From an uncultured Verrucomicrobiota bacterium (GTDB lineage: Bacteria; Verrucomicrobiota; Kiritimatiellia; CAIKKV01; CAITUY01), in contig CAZSSA010000007.1 in assembly GCA_964609375.1 (NCBI GenBank), positions 1 to 52,926 of the forward strand: a stretch of DNA of 52,926 bases. The letters run 5' to 3'. A program made the translations under genes and the position numbers. Under the pieces are notes generated by a model, which worked only from the letters and a program-made list of their open reading frames with translations, had not been told where the DNA came from and ran no database searches. Of the stretch, positions 19,691 to 27,621 are shown one piece after another; positions within the stretch are counted from its first letter, which is position 1, and each line of letters begins with the position of its first letter.

Positions 19691-19763
19691 TTCACGGTTC
19701 GCAATTCACAATCTCATCCCCCATCCCCGCTCCCATTCCTGCTTCATAACTCATCTTTCATCC
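19691..19763. repeat. Two degenerate heptamer triplets upstream of dnaX
   Basis: ttcacgg ttcgcaa ttcacaa (19691-19711); ttcataa ctcatct ttcatcc (19743-19763). Confidence 0.6.
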
Positions 19764-19808
19764 TTCCCCCCCCCATCCCCCTCCCCATGGATCCGGGTAC
19801 CCAATAAG

Positions 19809-19933
19809 CCGGGAACCGGCTCAAGCCAGTAACCCTACGGCACCCGCAGGCCCGACATACCGCTGCTACCTTCCGGTCCTGACGGGGTTTTGCCGGTCTC
19901 CGTTGCATAGGGCCTGACTCTCGCCGGCCCCGA
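19809..19933 (-). ncRNA. ffs: Signal recognition particle RNA (small type, long helix 5)
   Basis: Minus strand contains the domain IV motif GTCAGGACCGGAAGGTAGCAGC, closed by stems GCCCTATG/CGTAGGGT, AGTCAG/CTGGCT and GGGGCCGGC/GCCGGTTCC; ffs-dnaX-ybaB-recR synteny. Ends approximate. Confidence 0.93.
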
Positions 19934-19972
19934 CTTACTGGGAACCGCGCATCCTTGGCGTTGGCAGGTCAT

Positions 19973-20001
19973 AAGGTAAACGCACCGCCCGTCCCAATCA
20001 A
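19973..20001 (-). promoter_or_regulatory. Putative sigma70 promoter of ffs
   Basis: Minus strand TTGATT, 17-nt spacer, TACCTT. Confidence 0.5.
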
Positions 20002-20021
20002 GCCCCATCATGCAGGTGGTC

Positions 20022-20043
20022 ATGGTTGAAAAACCATTTTCAA
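20022..20043. repeat. Overlapping inverted repeats; first copy of a 15-16 bp direct repeat
   Basis: atggtt-gaaa-aaccat (20022-20037) and ttgaaaa-acca-ttttcaa (20026-20043); aaaaaccattttcaa at 20029-20043. Confidence 0.7.
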
Positions 20044-20062
20044 GGGTAACCCATCACCCGTT

Positions 20063-20743
20063 TTACTTGCCTGGACCTGAAATCGTCTTCTGGGAGCCAT
20101 CAGGATAGGTAATGGTGATCTGATCACTCGAAATCTTTCCGGAAGACACCGCTTTTTGCAGCGCGCTCTCAAATGCATCCCGTCCGCCGGACGCACCCGT
20201 CCGCACCACGCTATTGGTACCGGCTTTCTGTTGCAAGTCACGCAATACGAGAAAAGCATCAGCCAAGGCATTCGCCTTGCGAACACGCCGCTTGGGGTCA
20301 AAAAACCAGAACGGCGGCAACATGTTTAAGACATCGCCAAAAGTCTCTTGCGGCATTTGATCCAGACGGTTCCCATTGGCTAGCGAGAGCGTCACATCAC
20401 TCATCAAATAGGGATTACCCGGCGAAATCCAAATAAAGTTATTAACAACAACATTCGTGATATCGGTATATCGGGCCGTTCGAAGCGGCACCAAATAGGT
20501 CGTCCTGTTGCCATAACTGCCCATCAGCATCTTTGAATTCCAATCCCAATACTGAAAGGTGGATAGGGTCGCTTTGGGCTTGATTCCATTGCTGGCAGCC
20601 CTTTCCATCGCAGGCTGGACGATGGCCAGCGCCGACTGCGCCGTCAACCCGTGATCCGGCGGTAAAATCCTCGGCGTATGAGTCATGCAACCGGAAAACA
20701 ACGCAACAACAGCCATCATGACCGCTAAACACTGAACCTTCAT
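20063..20743 (-). CDS. Hypothetical lipoprotein (orphan)
   Basis: Clear RBS AAAGGAGG, signal peptide with lipobox LFSG-C; no recognisable domain. Confidence 0.85.
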   Translation of the reverse strand: MKVQCLAVMMAVVALFSGCMTHTPRILPPDHGLTAQSALAIVQPAMERAASNGIKPKATLSTFQYWDWNSKMLMGSYGNRTTYLVPLRTARYTDITNVVVNNFIWISPGNPYLMSDVTLSLANGNRLDQMPQETFGDVLNMLPPFWFFDPKRRVRKANALADAFLVLRDLQQKAGTNSVVRTGASGGRDAFESALQKAVSSGKISSDQITITYPDGSQKTISGPGK

Positions 20744-20771
20744 ATCGCCTCCTTTGCTGAAAACTTACACC

Positions 20772-20787
20772 AAAAACCATTTTTCAA
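20772..20787. repeat. Second copy of the direct repeat flanking the lipoprotein gene
   Basis: aaaaaccatttttcaa; differs from the 20029-20043 copy by one extra T. Confidence 0.7.
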
Positions 20788-20898
20788 CGGGGAAGTCGAT
20801 ACCAGAAATACCCCTCCTCCCCCTCAACATTTGAAAAATATCCTGATCCCCAACCATTTCCCTTGACGCATCCCCTCTCTCTTTCCATCCTCTCCCCC

Positions 20899-21702
20899 AT
20901 GAACCTTCGCCAGATACTCGATCAGGTTGCCAACGGCCGGATGAAACCCGCCGCCGCCGCAAAACATATTGATGCCACCCGGGAAAAAAACCTCGGCTTC
21001 GCACGCGTCGATACCGACCGGCTCCGCCGCCGGGGCTTCCCTGAAGTCATTTTCTCCCAGGGAAAATCCGCTGACCACATTGCCAAAATCATGTCCGCCC
21101 TGAGTGAGTCAGGCCAGAACGTATTGGCCACCCGCGCCTCCCCTGCCCAATATGAAGTCGTCCGCAAAGCCTTCCCTAAAGCCGTCTATCACGAGGCCGC
21201 CCGGATTATCGCGCTCGATGTCAGCCCCGCCGCCCCCGCCACCGGCCTCGTCGCCGTCCTCTGCGCCGGCACCACCGATATCCCCGTGGCCGAGGAAGCC
21301 GCCATCGTCGCCGAGAAAATGGGCGCCCGCGTCCGCCGCGTCTTCGATGTCGGCGTCGCCGGCCTGCACCGCCTCATCCATCACCTTCCCGATCTCCAGA
21401 AAGCCCGCGTCCTGATCGTCGTCGCCGGCATGGAAGGGGCTCTCCCCTCCGTCGTTGGCGGTATGACACATTGCCCGATCATCGCCGTCCCCACCAGCAT
21501 CGGCTACGGCACCAGCATGCAAGGCACCGCCGCTCTCCTCGCCATGCTGAATACCTGCGTCCCCGGCATCACCGTCGTGAACATCGATAACGGATTCGGC
21601 GCCGGCGTCGCCGCCGCCATGATCAATCGCCTCCCGGAACAACACAAATCCGGCAAACGCCAGCCCCGGACAAAACCGTCAACCAAGAGGCCCTCCCGAT
21701 GA
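20899..21702 (+). CDS. larB: Nickel-pincer cofactor biosynthesis protein LarB (PurE/AIR-carboxylase-like)
   Basis: FARVDTDR..RRGFPEVIFSQGK, AGTTDIPVAEEA, DVGVAGLHRL, VAGMEGALPSVVGG, PTSIGYG, NIDNGFGA. Start at ATG 20899. Confidence 0.95.
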   Translation: MNLRQILDQVANGRMKPAAAAKHIDATREKNLGFARVDTDRLRRRGFPEVIFSQGKSADHIAKIMSALSESGQNVLATRASPAQYEVVRKAFPKAVYHEAARIIALDVSPAAPATGLVAVLCAGTTDIPVAEEAAIVAEKMGARVRRVFDVGVAGLHRLIHHLPDLQKARVLIVVAGMEGALPSVVGGMTHCPIIAVPTSIGYGTSMQGTAALLAMLNTCVPGITVVNIDNGFGAGVAAAMINRLPEQHKSGKRQPRTKPSTKRPSR

Positions 21703-22943
21703 GCCGCACCCTCTGGTTCGACAGCGTCGGCGGCGCCAGCGGCGACATGATCCTGGCCAGCCTGATCGATCTCGGCGTCAACCCGGACACCCTGCAATCC
21801 GCCCTCTCCTCCCTCGGCGATTTCCACATCCAACTGGAAGTCTCCCGCGTTTCCGATCATGGCATGTCCGGCACAAGAGTCGACGTCCACGCCCATGACC
21901 ACCACGATGCGCATCACCACACCCACTCGCATTCTCATCGCGGCCTCAGTGACATCACAACCATCATCAACGAAAGCCCCCTGCCAACCCCGGTCAAACA
22001 ACAAGCCATCGCCGTCTTCCGCCGCCTCGCCGAAGCCGAAGCCGCCATCCACCAAACCACACCCGACGCCATCCACTTCCACGAAGTCGGCGCCCTCGAT
22101 GCCATCGCCGATATCGTCGGCTCCTGCCTCGCCCTCTCCCTCCTCGGCGTGGATCGCATCGGCTTCGCCCCCCTTCCCGCCGGTCACGGCACCATCACCT
22201 GCGCGCACGGGACCCTGCCCAATCCAGCCCCCGCCACAGTGGCCCTCCTTCGTGGTTACCCCATGGTCCGGGTGGATGAACCCTTTGAACTGGTTACCCC
22301 GACGGCAGCAGCACTCCTCTCCACCTGGGCCGGAGCCGATGCTTCCCGGTGGACGCCGTCGTCCCCGGCGGCGTCATTCCCGCCCGAAAACCTTGGCATC
22401 GTCGGCCAGGTCGGCCACGCTTTCGGTCACCGCAAACTCAATAACCGCCCCAATCTCCTTCGCGCCACGCTCATGGAGTCCGCCTCCCGCAGCGATACCA
22501 CTGATAACTGCCTCGTGATGGAAACCAATATCGACGACACCACCCCTGAACTCGTCGGCGCCCTGACGCAAAAACTTCTCGCCAGTGGTGCCTTTGATGT
22601 CTTCACAACCTCCATCCAGATGAAGAAACAGCGCCCCGGCATGCTGCTGACCGTTCTGTGCGCCCCTTCCCGCCGGGATGCCTTGCTGGACCTGATCTTC
22701 ACCGAAAGCACCACCTTCGGTGTACGTGAGCATCTGACCCGCCGTACAATGTTGGAGCGCAGGTGGGAACCGGTGACCACGCCCTACGGACAGGTCCGCG
22801 TGAAATTGGGTTCCTGGAAAGGCCGGGCGGTCACAGCTTCACCGGAATACGACGACTGCCTGTCCCTCGCCGAAAAGACAGGAATTTCGCTCCGCACCAT
22901 CTTTGAATCCGCCCGCTCAGAAAGCCGGAAATTCCTCACCTGA
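21699..22943 (+). CDS. larC: Nickel insertion protein LarC (single ORF with His-rich insert)
   Basis: GASGDMIL, HAHDHHDAHHHTHSHSHR, HFHEVGALDAIADIVG, ELVTPT, ETNIDD, MKKQRPG, STTFGVR, PEYDDC; ATGA overlap with larB. Confidence 0.95.
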   Translation: MSRTLWFDSVGGASGDMILASLIDLGVNPDTLQSALSSLGDFHIQLEVSRVSDHGMSGTRVDVHAHDHHDAHHHTHSHSHRGLSDITTIINESPLPTPVKQQAIAVFRRLAEAEAAIHQTTPDAIHFHEVGALDAIADIVGSCLALSLLGVDRIGFAPLPAGHGTITCAHGTLPNPAPATVALLRGYPMVRVDEPFELVTPTAAALLSTWAGADASRWTPSSPAASFPPENLGIVGQVGHAFGHRKLNNRPNLLRATLMESASRSDTTDNCLVMETNIDDTTPELVGALTQKLLASGAFDVFTTSIQMKKQRPGMLLTVLCAPSRRDALLDLIFTESTTFGVREHLTRRTMLERRWEPVTTPYGQVRVKLGSWKGRAVTASPEYDDCLSLAEKTGISLRTIFESARSESRKFLT

Positions 22944-22993
22944 TGCTCAGTGCCCATGCGTGATGTCTCCATGGTTTCGTCGTTCAGACCCCC

Positions 22994-23851
22994 CTACACA
23001 TTCGATCCGCGCCAGTGCAGTTTCTGCCTCAGCACTGAAAAATAACTATAGCCCGGCAAGTGAATCAGCCGTACCCCCTGCCCGCTTCGCTTAATCTCCA
23101 CCCGATCCCCAATCGACAACTCCTGCCCAACCTGTCCATCCACTGCCAACTTGGCGCCCAACGAGCGCTCCACCACCTCAACCTCCACCACCACATCATC
23201 AGGAATCACCAGGGGTCGCGTACTCAGCGTATGCGGACAAATCAAACTCGCCACCAGCGTGCGCGCGGAAGGCATCAGGATCGGACCGCCGGTGGACAAT
23301 GAATGCCCGGTACTTCCCGTAGGCGTGGATATAATCAGCCCGTCACACACAAAATCACCCACCGCTTCCCCGCTCATGGTCATCCGCAACGTCGCCACCC
23401 GGGATCCAACGGAAGTCATCACCACATCATTCAACGCGCGATACCCTGAAATCGTCTCGCCCTTTCGAATCACATGGCAGTCAATGATGGTTCGCAGTGA
23501 GGCGGAATACTTCCCGCTAACAAGGCAATCCAGCGCGTATTCCAGCTTGTCTTCCGTCACGCTGGTCATAAACCCAAGCGCCCCCAGATTGACGCCAATG
23601 ACAGGCACATCCCTTCCATCCAGTGCGCGGACAGCTCTCAGCATCGTGCCATCGCCACCCATGACCATCACAACCTCTGCGCTTCGCAAAATATCACGGG
23701 CTGTACCCACCGCGGTCATCCCAAGCAGTGCCGCCGTCTCCGGCTCTGGTAACAACGACAACCCTAACGCCTCCGCCTTAATCCGAAGACGCCCCAGTAC
23801 CGCCTTCGCCTTTTCCTTCCCGCCATTCGCTATCACCCCGATCGTTTTCAT
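22994..23851 (-). CDS. nadK: NAD+ kinase
   Basis: GGDGT, GVNLGALGF, LNDVV, DGLIISTPTGSTGHSLSTGGP. Start at ATG 23851. Confidence 0.97.
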   Translation of the reverse strand: MKTIGVIANGGKEKAKAVLGRLRIKAEALGLSLLPEPETAALLGMTAVGTARDILRSAEVVMVMGGDGTMLRAVRALDGRDVPVIGVNLGALGFMTSVTEDKLEYALDCLVSGKYSASLRTIIDCHVIRKGETISGYRALNDVVMTSVGSRVATLRMTMSGEAVGDFVCDGLIISTPTGSTGHSLSTGGPILMPSARTLVASLICPHTLSTRPLVIPDDVVVEVEVVERSLGAKLAVDGQVGQELSIGDRVEIKRSGQGVRLIHLPGYSYFSVLRQKLHWRGSNV

Positions 23852-23866
23852 ACACATCGTCTCCCA

Positions 23867-23890
23867 CCCCATGAACCATGAACCATTCCC
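23867..23890. repeat. Heptamer tandem array in the tlyA-nadK gap
   Basis: ccccatg aaccatg aaccatt; same aaccat core as the array at 204-238. Confidence 0.6.
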
Positions 23891-23891
23891 T

Positions 23892-24626
23892 TTACCCCTT
23901 CCTCCACCATGCCAGAAACTCCACATTCCCGGCAGGCCCCTTTAACGGCGACTCGCAAACTCCAAGGCAATCCAGCTTCAATGTCCCTGTTCCAAACTCA
24001 CGGATCCGCCGCACCACCTCATCACGCGCCGCCGGATCACGAACCACGCCGCCCTTTTTCACCTGCTCCCGCCCGGCTTCGAATTGCGGTTTAATCAGCG
24101 TCACCAACTCTCCACCCGGCTCGATCAGCGTTGTAACAGGGGGCATAATCAGCGTCAAGGAGATGAACGACACATCCACCGAGGCAAACCGGAAAGGCTC
24201 TGGAATATCCTTGGCGGAAAGATACCGGGCATTAAGCCCTTCCTTCACCACAACACGCGGATCCTTCCGCAACCGCCAATCCAACTGGCCATTCCCAACA
24301 TCGATCGCATACACCTTGGCCGCGCCATGCTGCAACAGGCAATCCGTAAATCCACCCGTCGAGGCCCCGATATCCGCACACACCATTCCATCCACACTGA
24401 AACCGAATGCCTGAAACGCCGCCTCCAGCTTCCCGCCACCACGCCCCACAAACGGCTCCGGAGCCTCCACCGTGATGACCGCCTGGGCGTCAATCTCACG
24501 CCCCGGCTTATCCGCCACATTCTCCGCAACACGGACAACCCCGGCCAGGATCAGGCGCTGCGCCTTCTCCCGGCTTTCCGCCAAACCGCGTTCCACAAGT
24601 AACACATCAAGCCGTTGTTTCGCCAT
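23892..24626 (-). CDS. tlyA: TlyA-family rRNA methyltransferase (S4 + FtsJ-like)
   Basis: RLDVLLVERGL..SREKAQRLILAG.V, FVGRGGGKL, DIGASTGGFTDCLLQ, DVSFISL, LIKPQFEAG, SPLKGPAGNVEF. Confidence 0.97.
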   Translation of the reverse strand: MAKQRLDVLLVERGLAESREKAQRLILAGVVRVAENVADKPGREIDAQAVITVEAPEPFVGRGGGKLEAAFQAFGFSVDGMVCADIGASTGGFTDCLLQHGAAKVYAIDVGNGQLDWRLRKDPRVVVKEGLNARYLSAKDIPEPFRFASVDVSFISLTLIMPPVTTLIEPGGELVTLIKPQFEAGREQVKKGGVVRDPAARDEVVRRIREFGTGTLKLDCLGVCESPLKGPAGNVEFLAWWRKG

Positions 24627-24686
24627 TGGACAATAAACCATTCATGATCACCCGCCTCATCTTTCGAGAATAATCCGCCACCCGCG

Positions 24687-24705
24687 GGAATCAAGCTTTG
24701 ATTCC
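24687..24705. promoter_or_regulatory. Perfect 8-bp inverted repeat in divergent intergenic region (candidate operator or hairpin)
   Basis: ggaatcaa-gct-ttgattcc between tlyA and the receiver-domain gene. Confidence 0.4.
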
Positions 24706-24865
24706 TCATAAAATCAATCGTTTCAAACCACCAATGCCGCTCAACCACTCCTCTCCCCTACCCGCCCGGATGTTCCATACCCACTTCATTTCCGTTTTTT
24801 CTGACGCACTTTCAGCAAAACCCTGATAGACGAATGCAACTGTTTTATACTAACTAGCCGCCTAT

Positions 24866-25648
24866 ATGAGCACGACGACATCTACACCGTCAATTCTCCT
24901 CGTCGACGATGATCCTGCCGTCCGATTGATTGTGGGCGACCACCTGAGAGCAGAAGGGTACACGGTCATCAACGCCGCTTCAGGCGAGGAAGCCTTCAAC
25001 GCTCTCGCCCTCCATGTCGTGGACCTGGTGGTTCTCGACATCTCAATGGCCGGCATTGGCGGTATTGGCTTTATGAAAAAAGCCTCCCTCCACCCGGACT
25101 ACAAGAACATCCCTGTATTGATTTTCACCGCTCGCGAAAACATGAAGGATTTCTTTGCCGACACGGGCGCGGCAGGATTCGTCCCCAAAACCGCCGTTCC
25201 GGAACTTCTGACATCAACGATCAGGGACATCATGAAGAAGCACCATTGCACGGCAAACAGAAAGAAACCGAACGACCTGTTGCACAAGCTTCTGATCGTC
25301 GAGGATGACGAATCCGTGCGCCATCATTTGGTGCGGCTTTTCAAAACACACGGCATGGACCCGCACCCCGTGGCCGATCCAGGGCATGTCATCGAAGCAG
25401 CCACCACCCACAATCCGCATGTCATTCTCCTGAAATACCTGCTTCCCATGGTCAACGGGCCATCCATCGCCCGTTTGCTCGGCAGCACCGTCTCCACTCG
25501 CTCGATCCCCGTCATCCTCTACGACGACAGCGGCATTCACCACCACATGGATACGCCCCTGTTTAATGTGGCGCACTTCATTCCAGATCCGAATGACAAC
25601 GCCTTTATCAGAACGGTCAGGCGGGTTCTCGTTCCGGATCAACTATAA
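24866..25648 (+). CDS. Two-receiver-domain protein (REC + pseudo-REC), no output domain
   Basis: REC1: LLVDDD, LDISM, FTA, PK. REC2: LIVEDD, but K at the phospho-Asp position (ILLKYLLP) and no conserved Lys. Confidence 0.88.
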   Translation: MSTTTSTPSILLVDDDPAVRLIVGDHLRAEGYTVINAASGEEAFNALALHVVDLVVLDISMAGIGGIGFMKKASLHPDYKNIPVLIFTARENMKDFFADTGAAGFVPKTAVPELLTSTIRDIMKKHHCTANRKKPNDLLHKLLIVEDDESVRHHLVRLFKTHGMDPHPVADPGHVIEAATTHNPHVILLKYLLPMVNGPSIARLLGSTVSTRSIPVILYDDSGIHHHMDTPLFNVAHFIPDPNDNAFIRTVRRVLVPDQL

Positions 25649-26776
25649 CCAGCGGGCTCGATCACGAGCGCCGACCGGCGTTTTGTCGGTATCCCAAATG
25701 CCCTGCCGCGCAATGTTAATCAACACGCCAATATGAATCATCGAGATCACAAGGCTCGATCCCCCATAACTGATAAACGGCAATGGCAACCCTTTTGTCG
25801 GCAGACAACCTGTGACGACCCCAATATTGATCATCGCCTGAACCGTAATCATCAAGGTCAACCCCAACCCCAGCAACCGTCCAAAGGGATCCCGCGCCCG
25901 CAGGCTGATCAACAGGCCACAAACAAACAACGAAGCAAAAAGCACAACCACGGTAATCGTGGCAATCAACCCGAGTTCCTCTCCAATAATGGCCAAAATA
26001 AAGTCCGTGTGCGCCTCGGGAAGATAATAGTGCTTCTGAATGCTCTCCCCCAGGCCCACCCCCCAGAATCCTCCCAGCGTAAAGGCGTCTTCGGATTGCC
26101 CCAGTTGGTACGCCGCCGCCGGAAACTTATCCGGCATGATAAAGGCAAGGATTCGCCCCCTCCGGTTGTCGTCGAAGAGGACCGCCACTGAAAGACCGCA
26201 GAATCCAAGCAAACCGCCAAGGCCCAGCCAACCCGGTGGACTTCCCCCTAAAAACAGCAGGAGGCCGCCAACACTGGCCAACAGGATCGTCGTCCCGAAA
26301 TCAGGCTCCAGGAACACCAACCCCAGCATCGCACCCAGCATAATGCACGGCTTGAGAACACCATCCTTGAACGTCCCGATTCTCTGCCCCACCTGCGTAA
26401 TCCAGGCGCCAAGCGCAACAACCACGGCAAACTTGGCAAACTCAGATGGCTGAAGACTGATCGTCCCCACCTTAAGCCACCGGCGGCTACCGCCAATTTT
26501 AGCCCCAATGTGCGGGACAAGCACCAAGACCAGCAGCAGCACAGCAAAGACCGCTACGGGAATCCAATACTTCTGCCATCGGTGGTAATCCACAGAGGCC
26601 GCCACAACCCCCGCCGACACCGCCGCCGCCAGAAATACTAACTGACGACGAAGAAAGAAGTTGGGATCCTTGTGAACATCGTCTCCTTTAACGGAACTGG
26701 CGCTGGCCAACATAATGATGCCCAGCGCCAGAAGCAAAAGGACGATGCCCACTAAAATGCTGGGCGTCTTCCACAT
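25643..26776 (-). CDS. ftsW: Peptidoglycan polymerase FtsW (SEDS)
   Basis: GSRRWL, LQPSEFAK, LEPDFGT, YQ..QS, YYLPEAHTDFI, KGLPLPFISYGGSS. Confidence 0.97.
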   Translation of the reverse strand: MWKTPSILVGIVLLLLALGIIMLASASSVKGDDVHKDPNFFLRRQLVFLAAAVSAGVVAASVDYHRWQKYWIPVAVFAVLLLVLVLVPHIGAKIGGSRRWLKVGTISLQPSEFAKFAVVVALGAWITQVGQRIGTFKDGVLKPCIMLGAMLGLVFLEPDFGTTILLASVGGLLLFLGGSPPGWLGLGGLLGFCGLSVAVLFDDNRRGRILAFIMPDKFPAAAYQLGQSEDAFTLGGFWGVGLGESIQKHYYLPEAHTDFILAIIGEELGLIATITVVVLFASLFVCGLLISLRARDPFGRLLGLGLTLMITVQAMINIGVVTGCLPTKGLPLPFISYGGSSLVISMIHIGVLINIARQGIWDTDKTPVGARDRARWL

Positions 26777-27621
26777 TATTCAACCGGTGGCGGAATCTTG
26801 AGCGTCTGGCCAGCCTTCACGTCAGGCGAGGCCAGATTGTTCAAACTGATCAGCTCTTCAACCCGGACACCATAGATCATCGCTATGGCATCCAACTGCT
26901 GATTCGGCTCAACCACATGCAGGAGTTCACCAGGCTTGGCTTCCAACACCGCAGCATTAGCCGCGACCGCCGGGGCTTCCGCCATCGCCGGAGCTTCACC
27001 CGCAGGCACGCCTTCCCCCGCCGGAGCCACAGCCTCGCCACCCTTCGGCAACGCCAGCTTCTGCCCGACGCGCAACGCATCACTCGTCAGGTTGTTGAGC
27101 TGCTTGATCGCCTTGGATGTCGTCCCGTTCTTAACCGCAATGTGACCCAGCGTATCACCAGACTTGACCACATACTCGCCCGCACCAGCCACCACAGGGG
27201 CCGATTTCTTCACCGCCTTCACCACGCTCACCTTGCGAGGTTTGCGAACCGGCTCCTTGGCATTCAGGTCAACATAACCGGGAAGCGTCAGCTTGGCCCC
27301 GACAACAACCTTGTTCGGATTGCTGATCTTGTTCATCTTGATGATGTCACGCGTGGACACATTGAACCGCTGCGCGATAAGCGACAGACTGTCACCCGCC
27401 TTGACCGTGTACACTTTCTTCGGAACTTCAACAGGGGGCAATTCCACTTTCGGGGGCTCCACCACTGGCGGCAGAACAGGCGCCTCGGTCACGGGCGGCA
27501 TGACCATCGGCGGCTCGGTCGGCGCCGCCGGACGCGTCGTCCCGCAACCTTGAATTAACAACGAACCCACAACCACCACATGCAACACCGCTATCAAACT
27601 AATTGCCCACGCCTTTTTCAC
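26776..27621 (-). CDS. LysM x3 peptidoglycan-binding lipoprotein
   Basis: Lipobox LIQG-C, Pro-rich linker, LysM repeats YTVKAGDSL, YVVKSGDTL, HVVEPNQQL. Confidence 0.92.
   Translation of the reverse strand: MKKAWAISLIAVLHVVVVGSLLIQGCGTTRPAAPTEPPMVMPPVTEAPVLPPVVEPPKVELPPVEVPKKVYTVKAGDSLSLIAQRFNVSTRDIIKMNKISNPNKVVVGAKLTLPGYVDLNAKEPVRKPRKVSVVKAVKKSAPVVAGAGEYVVKSGDTLGHIAVKNGTTSKAIKQLNNLTSDALRVGQKLALPKGGEAVAPAGEGVPAGEAPAMAEAPAVAANAAVLEAKPGELLHVVEPNQQLDAIAMIYGVRVEELISLNNLASPDVKAGQTLKIPPPVE

Noticed and set aside
19809-20020. Large (Alu-containing) SRP RNA
   Set aside because: Only about 33 nt lie between the predicted TSS and the stem, and no helix 6 or Alu fold is evident.
20022-20062. Integron attC site after the lipoprotein gene
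   Set aside because: No RYYYAAC...GTTRRRY box pair with the expected long imperfect stem.
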